64,000 nt of DNA from Corallochytrium limacisporum Hawaii (lineage: Eukaryota > Protista > Pluriformea), in the NCBI GenBank assembly GCA_002811645.1, contig PDIP01000093.1:74790-138789 (forward strand). The letters run 5' to 3'. Position 1 is the stretch's first letter. Every line of letters begins with the position of its first letter. The position numbers and the translations under genes are program-made. This document shows positions 10,992 to 20,970 of this stretch, in pieces. A model generated the notes under the pieces. That model was not told the DNA's origin, did not search any database, and worked only from the letters and a program-made list of their open reading frames with translations.

Positions 10992-11114
10992 CCATTTCGC
11001 CCGCCGGAGTTTCGCATCCCCCCCCCCCCGGATGGTAGTATAGGAAGGTAGAGTTAGTTTATTTTATATACTGACGTTTCTTAAATCAGTTGAAACTAGG
11101 CCCCTGAGGATCGG

Positions 11115-11122
11115 GCGCGAAA
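11115..11122. promoter_or_regulatory. E2F/DP-type site (GCGCGAAA) upstream of Timeless
   Basis: Reverse complement is TTTCGCGC, about 310 bp upstream of the Timeless ATG. Confidence 0.5.
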
Positions 11123-11427
11123 GTTTTGGGGGAGGAGACCCGGGAATGGAAGGGGAGCGGATTGGAGGCCAGAACTGTCTGGTTGCACGGGTGGTGGGCT
11201 ACACACAGAGTCCATTGCGGTGCCTGCAGTCTTTGCTTCCTTAGAGACTTGTTTGAGTTCAGATAGAAACCGCCTTGATGGTATATGGTCTGCTGCATCA
11301 ACGAAATAGGCTCACATTACCGCCTGTTGATACTACAGAGCCATCTGCAGGTACACACGAACTGTGGGCTGTGTGAGTCCATGACTTCAGCACGGAGAGA
11401 TCGAACAGAAACAGCCAGAACTTAAAC

Positions 11428-14400
11428 ATGCCTGCCTTAGGGCTGGACATGCGCCGTGGCGCTCCATTTGGAGGCACCAAAGCCGAATACTATGATGATG
11501 ATGATATTCAAGCCATTATCGCACGCTTCGGGCGTATCCTTGAAACAGATGTTCCCTCTGGAACAGTGGCGCGTTTCGAAGTTGATCGGGACGAGGCATT
11601 AGAGGCAGTTCGGGAGCTTGAACGTATTCTAAAGAATGACCAGCCTCAAACACGCGTTGAGGCTCTGCGCTGCGCAAGGACTGGTGTGGCTTATGGCGAC
11701 CTCATGCCCATGCTGCACGCTGTTGTCACCAACAGCGAACACGAAGACCTGGGCCCGGAGTCAAAGCTGACCTTTGCTGTTGTACGCCTGTTGCACCGTC
11801 TAACTTTGCCCGTCGGAGTATTGTTCGAAACAGAGTTGGAAGAAATGGACAAAGAGGACAGAAACAAGGAAGTCATGCATAACATGCGAGAGTATGCGAA
11901 TATCATGACCCGTACATATAACATTTTGCTCTGCGAAACGTTTGTACTGGATCTCATGACTATTATTGCACCCTGTCTGGCGAAGGGTGTGGACGCTGAG
12001 GAACGGGACAACCAGCTTACCGGAATGGTAGTACAGATCTTTTATCACTTGACTTCTAGTCACTTCCACCGGGATTCGACCCAGGAAAAAGCCATCTTTG
12101 TGTATGATCAGACCGGTGTGATGGACCTTCTATTGGCTCTTGCCAGCGAGCCTGACCTAGAGCTGCGACTCTACGTTCTGAAGGTAGTGCGCGCTCTGTA
12201 TGGGTCCGTTAAACCAGTTGATCTCGCCAATTTCAAAATGCGTCGGGCGGGAAACAGCAATCCATTCCAAGAACCTGGGCTTAGGGATTCTACTCTGACA
12301 GTTAAAAAACAGAAGCCACCTGTCGCGTCACGGAGGGCAGGCCTGAGCCATCGCCATGGCCGATTCAATGGTGCATTTAGCATTAAAACCCTTGAGGAGA
12401 CAAGGTCAGCAAATCGCCTAGGAACATACGGTCAAATCAAGCACTACAATTTGGATGAGAACAAAAGGCTCGGACGGGGACGGAAGCAGGTATACGCCGT
12501 GGAGGAGGCCATTGACTACAGCAAGGGTCTCAGCGATTCCGCCAAACAGCGCCTCAAGGCAACCGCTCTACAGATAATTGAACGAAGCTTCAATGATCTC
12601 GTGGGTGATATTTCTGCTGCATTCAGGAACCCTCGATATCACGATCTTATGGAGGAAACGGATAATCTCAACTTTTTGTGGATGTTGTGGTTTTTCCCTG
12701 CCTTCCAACGCACGGTACGGGTTGCAATCCGTTCTTCCAGTGACAAGGATCTGGCCACCACAGATGCCGCCTTCAACGACATCCATGTTGATGATGCGAT
12801 AGGTCGCGAGAGTGTCAATGAGGCCATGGAAATTGAGAATTTCAAGAAGGTCATGGAATACCTAAAGGAGGCAATTTCTGATGAGAGCATCGACAAAGCA
12901 CACTGGAAAATCTATTCACCCAAGAAAGAGGCTGGCAGCCGAGTCTTCAATGAATATTTGCTACAATTGCGAGACATGATCGGACAGGATGGCTATGAAA
13001 AAGCTGCAAAGACTCTCTTACTCAATGTCCTTCATTACGAGGGTACACGGAGTCTTCCTCTCATGTTGCTAAACGATTGGCGCATGGATCGTCAAACACT
13101 GAGCCAGCTTCATTCACTTGTGTACATTATCGACAATCTCCTCAAGCTTGTCAAGGACTTAGAAGCCGAGTGTAAGCAAAATAATGAGAGGATTTTTGTG
13201 AGCAAGAAGACTCGTGCAGGCCGAGCTACCAGCAAAAAGAAGAAGCAGAATCTAGCCAATGATGATGGCGTCAATGTCGTCAGTGACGCTGAAGATGATG
13301 AGGATGATGATGAGGAGCACCAGCGCGAGACTGAACTGCACTACCGGGAATACTTTGAAACCTTCGTGCATCCCAAAGTCATTGACAAGTACATGTATTT
13401 GCTGAAGATGTATCAGCACAACCCGATTGATCTTGATCAAATTGCTGCTCGCATGATCTACAATCTGAGCCGGGTGAAGGGTAGCATGGGGATCTTCTAC
13501 AATCTGGAATACTTTGTAGTTTTCAACAATATTCTGCAGGATCCTAGGTCCCGGAAGGAAGGGCTTAAGCCCCTAGCAAATGTTGCCAAGACAATCATAT
13601 CGTCGTTTTTCAAAGAGGCCCAGAACAACCATTTTCTATTCGCAGATCTGCTGTTCCCGAACAACACGACCGACGTGAAGTCCATGCTTCGCTACGATGG
13701 TCAGGTCTTCACTGTCTCCGATACCAAGATGAGAGAGTTGGTGAACAAGAATCGGGAACAACCCGATATCATCGCCGCAATCCACAACGAGGTGAAGGAG
13801 CAGGTAAAGGATCCCCAGGACATTAGGGCCCAGCTCCGTGCCATGGGCTTCCTGGATGAAAATGATGAGCTGGTGGTGCGTCACGCCCAGCCACGTGCCA
13901 AGCGAGGCAAGCGCAAGGAGGAGAAGATCGACACGGCCATCACTGACGATCAATTGGACGAGGAGGGTACTCTCTGCTTCCAACCACTAATGACCACAGA
14001 GTATGAGTTCAACCGCACTCCGTGGACCAAACGGGAGGACGAACACCTGCGCAAGGAACAGGAGTCATACGAGGGGCTCACCCAGCAATTCGAACTGCTA
14101 GCCGACGGCATTCCCCCCCGAACGCCGATCGATGTGCTCTTCCGGTGCCTCTGGCTTCGCCTTGTGCCCATACGCGAACTGGGATCGCTATTCCGTCCTG
14201 ACACTGTGAAGGTGCTGGCATCGCGGTACAAAGACTTTCGGGATTCTGGTGGCTATGATGGTGAGAGCGTCCTTCCTTCAGCCACGCAGCAAGAGCAGTC
14301 TTCTGGTGATGAATTTTCCATCAAGTCCGCACCCAAGGGGAAGTACACTAGCAGTGCGATTGTTGTCCCGGAAGATGAGGACGAGGCTCTGTCGGAGCTC

Positions 14401-15243
14401 TTGAAAGCACCCACGCAACCCACTGTGGCGGTTGCTAAGAACCACGTGAAGCGGCTGGCCCGTGGATTGCTGGTGGATGGTCTGTACGCTGATACTACGT
14501 CCGATCTGAACATGATGGAGACCTGTACGTGGCTTGTGGCAGAAATGGAAAGCTGCTTGGATATGATGCCCATCAACGAGGACTACTTGCTCGTCCCCGG
14601 TGATCACTGTAAGGACGCGCAGGAGAACGAAGATTTTGTAGAGCTCCTGCTAGCACTCGGCTTTCACCGCAAAACTCTTGATCTTGAAAGGTCGTCCAAT
14701 TGGTGCTTGAGGCATTACATGAAACGTCAGCAGCTGCAGACCAGCATTGACACTCTCAAGAGCACTATGGCTCGCGTGGCCAAGGCAATGCAAGAGCAGG
14801 CGATGGAGAGCGACGATGAAGCAGCCGCCATCGACAGTGACAACGACCTCGCTGTAGGCGCATCACAGGCAGCCAAGAGGAAGGCCAAACGAAAGCGCGT
14901 GAAGGAGATACTCGAGTCTGATGACGACGATGACGATAACGATGACGAAAGTGAACTTGACTCTGAAGATGCCGCCATTCCGACCCAGGCCGACCTCTTG
15001 AAAGGATCGCAGTTTGCAGGTCACGTATCGGGCTCGCAGTGGCAGGACAAGATCAAGGTGAACAAAAAGCCTAGGAGCAAAAAGCCAAAGATCAGTGCTT
15101 CGCAGGTTGACGACTCAGATGCGGAAGCAGGGTCTGACGATGATGCTGTTCATGAGGCCAATGATGGTAACAGTTCACTGAACACGAGCTCTGCCAGCAT
15201 TGCAACAGACGAATTACTCGGCAGCAGTGATGAGGAACTGTGA
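11428..15243 (+). CDS. TIMELESS: Timeless/Tof1/Swi1 replication fork protection protein
   Basis: 1271 aa. Helical N-terminal domain with RHGRFNGAF motif; FVHPKVIDKYMYLLK region; Myb-like PWTKREDEHL; acidic C-terminus. Confidence 0.88.
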   Translation: MPALGLDMRRGAPFGGTKAEYYDDDDIQAIIARFGRILETDVPSGTVARFEVDRDEALEAVRELERILKNDQPQTRVEALRCARTGVAYGDLMPMLHAVVTNSEHEDLGPESKLTFAVVRLLHRLTLPVGVLFETELEEMDKEDRNKEVMHNMREYANIMTRTYNILLCETFVLDLMTIIAPCLAKGVDAEERDNQLTGMVVQIFYHLTSSHFHRDSTQEKAIFVYDQTGVMDLLLALASEPDLELRLYVLKVVRALYGSVKPVDLANFKMRRAGNSNPFQEPGLRDSTLTVKKQKPPVASRRAGLSHRHGRFNGAFSIKTLEETRSANRLGTYGQIKHYNLDENKRLGRGRKQVYAVEEAIDYSKGLSDSAKQRLKATALQIIERSFNDLVGDISAAFRNPRYHDLMEETDNLNFLWMLWFFPAFQRTVRVAIRSSSDKDLATTDAAFNDIHVDDAIGRESVNEAMEIENFKKVMEYLKEAISDESIDKAHWKIYSPKKEAGSRVFNEYLLQLRDMIGQDGYEKAAKTLLLNVLHYEGTRSLPLMLLNDWRMDRQTLSQLHSLVYIIDNLLKLVKDLEAECKQNNERIFVSKKTRAGRATSKKKKQNLANDDGVNVVSDAEDDEDDDEEHQRETELHYREYFETFVHPKVIDKYMYLLKMYQHNPIDLDQIAARMIYNLSRVKGSMGIFYNLEYFVVFNNILQDPRSRKEGLKPLANVAKTIISSFFKEAQNNHFLFADLLFPNNTTDVKSMLRYDGQVFTVSDTKMRELVNKNREQPDIIAAIHNEVKEQVKDPQDIRAQLRAMGFLDENDELVVRHAQPRAKRGKRKEEKIDTAITDDQLDEEGTLCFQPLMTTEYEFNRTPWTKREDEHLRKEQESYEGLTQQFELLADGIPPRTPIDVLFRCLWLRLVPIRELGSLFRPDTVKVLASRYKDFRDSGGYDGESVLPSATQQEQSSGDEFSIKSAPKGKYTSSAIVVPEDEDEALSELLKAPTQPTVAVAKNHVKRLARGLLVDGLYADTTSDLNMMETCTWLVAEMESCLDMMPINEDYLLVPGDHCKDAQENEDFVELLLALGFHRKTLDLERSSNWCLRHYMKRQQLQTSIDTLKSTMARVAKAMQEQAMESDDEAAAIDSDNDLAVGASQAAKRKAKRKRVKEILESDDDDDDNDDESELDSEDAAIPTQADLLKGSQFAGHVSGSQWQDKIKVNKKPRSKKPKISASQVDDSDAEAGSDDDAVHEANDGNSSLNTSSASIATDELLGSSDEEL

Positions 15244-15361
15244 AAGTAGCAAAGTGCGAAACATTTGTATGAAAAAAGTTATTGATGCTTAGTAATCTGC
15301 TGGTCTTATGATGATGAGGACCCTTTGTGTGTGCTCTCCATGGCATGATTCACCTGGCAGG

Positions 15362-16678
15362 TTAGAGCAGGATTTCGTCCCGAACAGTGGCCTTGATCTC
15401 CTTGTTCGGCAACACCACGCAGTTTCGTACCATCACCTCGTGTGCGATTTTGACATGATCTCCCACAACCACAGGTCCAGGTGCTTTCTTTCCTTCTACA
15501 AACTGATGACCTGCAGACTGCGGTGTTGGTGTAAGACCCTCGATGCGGCTCCAGCGTCCCACCACGCAGCCATCGCCCAGCACGGTCTTCACTACGTACG
15601 CGTCCATTTTGATCACACAGTCCGACAGGATGATCGCATCTTTGATCCGAGCACCGGCCTCCACAACTGTACCGTCTCCGATCGCAACGTTCGGTCCGAT
15701 CTTCGCCCCGGCCGCAACTGTCGCGCTTGGCGACACATAGACCGATCCTTGCACTTCATACGGAAGCTCAGATTTGCGATCCGTGCGAGCGGCTGTGCCG
15801 ACTTCCTCCTCACGACCCTTTTGGTAACGCTCCGCCAGGTAGAATGCCTGACAGTCCAGGGCCTCGCCGCTTGTCTTAAGCTGGCTCCAAAACGTTCCCT
15901 CGGGCTTCTGCCAGAGGAAGAGCTTGCCAGTGCCCGCCAACTTCTCGAGTACGTCTTTCTCAAGGTGGCAGACGTCGGAGTGACTCGGAGTGTCCACGGT
16001 GTCCGAGGTGGCTGGATCTGTATCCAATTCAAATAAGCTATCATGCCGGTTGGCCATATGCTGCTTAATGTGCTGGAATAATGCCTTTGGCTCAAATAGA
16101 TAGATACCGCCGTTAATAATATCAGAGACGTACGTCGAGGGTTTTTCGACGTAATGCTCGATCTCACCTGTCTGTGCATTAACCACACAGCGACCGTACG
16201 CGTTGTTGTCTGCCTCAATCTTTCCCATGGCCTTCACACCCAGCATGGTAGCAATTTCCTTTTCTGGACGGCTCTTGTGGAAGTCAAGCATCGCCTTCAG
16301 TGGGTAATCACATGCGATGTCCATGTGTTCCACAAAGAGGTAATCACATCCTCCACGAAGGATTCGGTCCCGGAAGTGATAAATGCCGCCGGCAGTGCCC
16401 AGGGGCTCGTATTCATAGAGGTAGTGCACATTGATACCATACCGAGTACTCATCTGACTGACGAATGCTTTGAACTCCGTTTCGGGGTAGAATCCGATTA
16501 GAAGGACCTCTACCAAGGCGTCAGTGAGTTCGTACTTGCACGCCGCGATCTGATGCTCGACCAGAGCTAGACCAGCAACCGGAAACAGTGCCTTCGGCAT
16601 GTTCAATGACATCGGACGGAACCGTGTTCCGCGGGTCGGACCACCGACCAGCAACACTGCCTTTGCTTTTCCCGACAT
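15362..16678 (-). CDS. GMPPA: Mannose-1-phosphate guanylyltransferase alpha subunit
   Basis: KAVLLVGGPTRGTRFRPMS...PKALFPVAG, PLGTAGGIYHFRD, VEKPSTYVSDIINGGIYLF, hexapeptide repeats (IGPNVAIG), NCVVLPNK. Confidence 0.93.
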   Translation of the reverse strand: MSGKAKAVLLVGGPTRGTRFRPMSLNMPKALFPVAGLALVEHQIAACKYELTDALVEVLLIGFYPETEFKAFVSQMSTRYGINVHYLYEYEPLGTAGGIYHFRDRILRGGCDYLFVEHMDIACDYPLKAMLDFHKSRPEKEIATMLGVKAMGKIEADNNAYGRCVVNAQTGEIEHYVEKPSTYVSDIINGGIYLFEPKALFQHIKQHMANRHDSLFELDTDPATSDTVDTPSHSDVCHLEKDVLEKLAGTGKLFLWQKPEGTFWSQLKTSGEALDCQAFYLAERYQKGREEEVGTAARTDRKSELPYEVQGSVYVSPSATVAAGAKIGPNVAIGDGTVVEAGARIKDAIILSDCVIKMDAYVVKTVLGDGCVVGRWSRIEGLTPTPQSAGHQFVEGKKAPGPVVVGDHVKIAHEVMVRNCVVLPNKEIKATVRDEILL

Positions 16679-17319
16679 CACGCTATATGAATTCTATCTA
16701 CGTGTCGATGCTAGAAGTCCCGACGCAGTTGGACATTGTGGGCTATGTTACGACAGTCACATCGTGACCTACAACTTATACCAACCGCGAAGATAATCCA
16801 TGGTAACCAACTGAGCATCAAATAGGAAACACCTTCATACTTTCGTCACACGGTGACACAGCCTCACTGGCGACCAAGGGCGCGCCCAACCCCCGGGCTG
16901 GACTCCGAGGGCAAGAGAGGCCGGGAATCTCACAAGCAGCGCTGTGTTTACCCCCCCCCTTCTCTGCCTGTGTTTTTAGTAACGGGAGAGAAGAATGGGG
17001 GGGGGGCCACCAAGCAAAAACAAGGTCAAAAAAAAAAATACCTGAAAGGAAAAAGAAGAGAAAACAAAAGAGGGCGAAGGAAGAGGAAAAGTAAGGGCTA
17101 GCTGGAAGGGCCCCTCGCTTTCTACCAAAAAAAAAAAAAAAACCAAACCGGGTTCCCCACATCCATCGCCCCTGGAGCTCGGGCTCGAACCCTCGCCACT
17201 TTTTCCCTTCGCTCACAAAGCCCAAATCCCGCCCCGTGTATTTTCTTTAACTATATGCGGCCATCTCCGAAACTCCCGCAAAGGGTTTCCTTTTTGAACC
17301 CCCCCCACAAACCCCAATA

Positions 17320-17526
17320 TATCACCGGCGGGCCTCGATCCCGCAACCTCAGAATCACTCTAACGAAAGAGGAGAAAAGTTGGGCGAGCTCCGAATGCTT
17401 TCACATCCGGAACAGCCAGCAATCAGCCAAACTGGGCCAGTGAAGTCCCAAACGGTACAAGATGTGTTGTGTTGTTCTCTAAACAGTTTAGAAGTCCTGT
17501 ACGCTATCCAATTGCGCCACGGTGAT
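17320..17526 (-). tRNA. tRNA-Arg(UCU) with 133-nt intron (17356..17488)
   Basis: 5' exon 17526-17489 ATCACCG TG GCGC AATTGGATA GCGT A CAGGA CT TCT A; 3' exon 17355-17320 A TTCTG AGGTT GCGGG ATCGAGG CCCGC CGGTGAT A. All four stems pair. The intron sits at canonical 37/38 and offers a C32:G(-3) anticodon-intron pair. Confidence 0.88.
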
Positions 17527-18040
17527 AGAGAAAGGAGTGTAGGGGGAAAAAGACTCGGAAAATGGTTGAAATGCACACAAGCAAAGGAAGAAACAGGGTA
17601 TTGAATGGGAAGAGTGAGGACAAAAAAAATGTGAGGGAGGAGTCAGAAGGTCGAAAGGTGATGACCGGAACGGTCGGATTTCCATACTAAAAGTATGGTA
17701 CACATACAGAGGCCAAAAATTCATATATATAGTACAGTAAAACGCTTGGAGTGGGGCGCAATAGTGAATGTACCAAACCGGGGTGTAGAAGAGGAGAGCG
17801 GACCCGGTGCTGCGGGTGTGTGTAGGTGGCGTGCCGGCCTGGGAGCAAACTATTTCGGACGGCAAGACACGGACATGAACGCTTGTCGCATTACTGTTGA
17901 AAATAGCAGCAGTGATGATGCGTTCCCTTACGACTTGTTATTTATGACACAGCCTTCTAATGTCGACTGGTGAAACGGAACCTGACTAGCATTGCTGAGG
18001 ACTTCGGATGTGACCTCCGCCGTGATCAAATGACAATGGT

Positions 18041-19030
18041 ATGGCGAATGTGAAACGCTCAATCGTGAGGCACTGTGTCAGTGTCCGCAGCAAGAATGAG
18101 ATATCTCAAGAGGCTGTTGAGGTGATAGTAGACCTCGGGATTGAGTCGGAGGAAACCCGTCGGCGCATTCTGAATAAGAGATACGGCATAGACGCACTAT
18201 CGTCGCTGGTTGGTGCGGCCTTGGGAAGAATCTGTCTGTTCGAAATTTTTGATGGAAAGATCGGCTTGGATGGAATACATCTTATCAGAGACGATGATGA
18301 TCTAAGCCCCACAGGACGACCGAAGGCTTTAGTACCCGGAGTGATGACCTCGTGCGATTTCAACCTTTCGCACCACGGTGGCGTAGTGGCAGGGGCCAGC
18401 ACCAAGTCAGCGACCACACCGGTTGCCATCGGCATCGATGTTGTCAATCCATGGCAAGATGACAGTCCGAAGCCACCTTACGCTGTAGATGGAATGGCAT
18501 CCGTGCTACATTCCAGAGAACGAGATGCATTGAGTGCCTACAATGCTGATCCTCGGCTGCAGACGCTGTTCTACCATGTCTTTTGGTCATGTAAGGAGGC
18601 CTGTCTAAAATGCACAGGGGATGGCCTTGGAGGCAGCGTTGATGTCTCGTCATTGTGCCTGGAAGAAATTGGAAAGTCGTCTGGGATGATTGAACGGCAT
18701 TTCCTTCGAGATCGCATCACGGATCGCCCATGTCACGTCCATGCGAACATACAGGACGATGGGAAGATGTCAGACAAAGCGAATCATCGACGCTTCTGTA
18801 TTATGGTCGGTCACGTTCTGAACCATCCGGACTTCATTGTGGCAGAGGCTGTACCGGACAATGAGGGGCAAGGCTGTCATTTTACGCTGGCACGCAGCCT
18901 GGAGCCTTGGTACAGTGCAACGAAATTGAAGTCAGTGACATGGACAACAAAGCCATCGACTCGTCGGCGGGACCGACAAGAGATTGTGGACGCCTTGATG
19001 ACGAAGGCATGGACACATACACCATTCTAA
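18041..19030 (+). CDS. Sfp-type 4'-phosphopantetheinyl transferase (AASDHPPT/Lys5-like)
   Basis: GRPK, FNLSHHGG, IGIDVV, FWSCKEACLKCTGDGLG motifs. Confidence 0.85.
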   Translation: MANVKRSIVRHCVSVRSKNEISQEAVEVIVDLGIESEETRRRILNKRYGIDALSSLVGAALGRICLFEIFDGKIGLDGIHLIRDDDDLSPTGRPKALVPGVMTSCDFNLSHHGGVVAGASTKSATTPVAIGIDVVNPWQDDSPKPPYAVDGMASVLHSRERDALSAYNADPRLQTLFYHVFWSCKEACLKCTGDGLGGSVDVSSLCLEEIGKSSGMIERHFLRDRITDRPCHVHANIQDDGKMSDKANHRRFCIMVGHVLNHPDFIVAEAVPDNEGQGCHFTLARSLEPWYSATKLKSVTWTTKPSTRRRDRQEIVDALMTKAWTHTPF

Positions 19031-19083
19031 CTGTCAGAGCATGACAAAGGAAAATGTTTCCTATACATTTCTCTATATGCTCC

Positions 19084-19530
19084 CTATACAGGAATGCCTG
19101 CCTGCTTGGCCTTGCGCTTGATGACCGTCACTATGCGATCCACCTGGGGATGTGCCGAACAGCGCAGCATAGACAACACTTCGGGACAGACCTACGGCCT
19201 TTCCTTGCCAGCCAGGATCATTTGGAAGGCACCGATACAGGCACCCCGCTTATCCTCCCAGTACTCTGGGTTCCCATCCAGGCGCTCGAGTACATTAAAC
19301 GCTTTGGCGGCAAGGTAGAACTGGCCCATTTTGTAACATGTGTTGGCGATCAGACTAAGCAACGAAAAACTTTCGGTGGAGTGCTCCATGCGCAGGTACA
19401 GATCCCAGGCGCGGCGCGGCTTGCCCATCATGATATGCGCCTTGCCAAGCCAGCCGAGGTATGGGTACGACTTCAAGATTTGCGAATCGGACACCTGCAT
19501 GAAGCCTCTTTCGCACTGCCTCTCCCTCCC
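19084..19530 (-). pseudogene. IFT56: Truncated intraflagellar transport IFT56/TTC26/DYF-13 C-terminal fragment with in-frame stop
   Basis: YLGWLGKAHIMMGKPRRAWDLYLRME...[46 protein letters not shown] matches the IFT56 C-terminus. Homology continues past TAG at 19192-19194 (VCPEVLSMLRCSAHPQVDRIVTVIKRKAK) to a second TAG at 19084. No N-terminal part is visible. Confidence 0.85.
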
Positions 19531-20007
19531 ACTTGAGAGGGAAGAGTTCAGCTGGTCACCAGGGTCGGCAGGGAGCCAGCCCAGGGGCGCAATCCTTCCC
19601 GCCCCCAACGAGTATTTGCTGATTCAAATATTTGCGTAAATATCGTTCATATTTAGTCGCGTATGTCACTGGCTGTCACACGCAACCGGCCCTTGCACAC
19701 CCCCGTCTCTGTGCGGGGAGGGAGCGCTGTTGGGAGCTGAAGGGCGGTGCGGGCCTTTCGGACATAGAGTATGAGGAAGCGGCTTTTGGTTCGCTACACT
19801 TTGCGCAAGGTTCATGATCCCCGCAAAGGTGTGAAAGACCACTTGGTTACCACATTGTCAGTGGTTGTGTGTTCAGTTATGCTTAAATAGATTAGTGCAC
19901 TGTCCAGTGTGAAAAACAACAGGCTGTCTGAAGTAGGTACCCAGTCAGCTTCAGTTTGCCTCTCCCGGGATCACGTTCGTTAGGTTAGTGTCTTGTTTGT
20001 AGTATCC

Positions 20008-20667
20008 ATGTTCCGCATAAGTGCAAGGCATGTGCGGCCTCTGGCCTCAATATCACGGACGATGATGCGGCAGCGGAGGTTAGCTTCTTCGACGTCTTCC
20101 ATGAAGAGTACAGTAGACAAAAAGAACATGGATTCACTAAAGTATTTGGTGGCTCTGGGGGTTTTAACAGTGGGAGCATCATATGCGGCCGTGCCAGCCT
20201 ACCGTGCATTCTGTGCCGCCACTGGCTTTGGTGGCCAGACAAAGCATGCTGATAAGACAGAAGAAATTGTGGACATGGTGCCGCGCAAGGATCGGGAGAT
20301 CACTATTAGATTCAACGCAGACACAAGTGCAAGTATGCGGTGGGGGTTCCGGCCGAGTCAGAAGGAAGTCACAGTGGTACCCGGCGAGACTACCTTGGCA
20401 TTCTACCGAGCTAAGAATCCGACAGATAAGCCAATCGTCGGCATCTCCACGTATAATGTAGTGCCCTTTGATGCCGGTCAGTACTTTAACAAAATCCAAT
20501 GCTTCTGCTTCGAAGAGCAGCGATTGAACCCAGGTGAAGAAGTCGACATGCCTGTTTTCTTTTACATTGATCCCGAGTTTGCCGACGACCCCTTGATGTC
20601 TAAAGTGACTACCATTACCCTATCGTACACATTTTTCCAGAGCAAAGGCGATGGAAAATGGGTGTAG
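20008..20667 (+). CDS. COX11: Cytochrome c oxidase copper chaperone Cox11
   Basis: SYAAVPAYRAFCAATGFGG, YFNKIQCFCFEEQRL, VDMPVFFYIDPEF, ITLSYTFF; presequence from ATG 20008. Confidence 0.97.
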   Translation: MFRISARHVRPLASISRTMMRQRRLASSTSSMKSTVDKKNMDSLKYLVALGVLTVGASYAAVPAYRAFCAATGFGGQTKHADKTEEIVDMVPRKDREITIRFNADTSASMRWGFRPSQKEVTVVPGETTLAFYRAKNPTDKPIVGISTYNVVPFDAGQYFNKIQCFCFEEQRLNPGEEVDMPVFFYIDPEFADDPLMSKVTTITLSYTFFQSKGDGKWV

Positions 20668-20970
20668 AAAACCAACATTATCGAATGACCCGTTGTGCAT
20701 CGTCGCAACGTTAAAGAATAAAACCAGATCTGAACCTTCGTACAATGGCCAGAGCGTCAATTTCTTCACACCATACAGAACATAACTGAAAGCAAACTTT
20801 TGTTTTCAATGTTTGACCACACTGTGGTCACGTATGTATGTTATTTTCTATTACTGATATGTTTTGCTCAAATGTGAACGTTCGTGTGAACATGCTTTGG
20901 AAAAAAATGACAAGTGCTCAAAGGAAAAATGAAAGGCAGGATTCAGGAAGATCAATCCCAATGTCCTCAT

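Noticed and set aside
10895-11030. Direct repeat of about 30 bp on both sides of an N gap
   Set aside because: Most simply an unmerged contig overlap at a poly-C run, not a biological repeat.
19780-19830. IMNLAQSVA as an upstream IFT56 exon
   Set aside because: The flanking residues do not match IFT56; likely coincidence.
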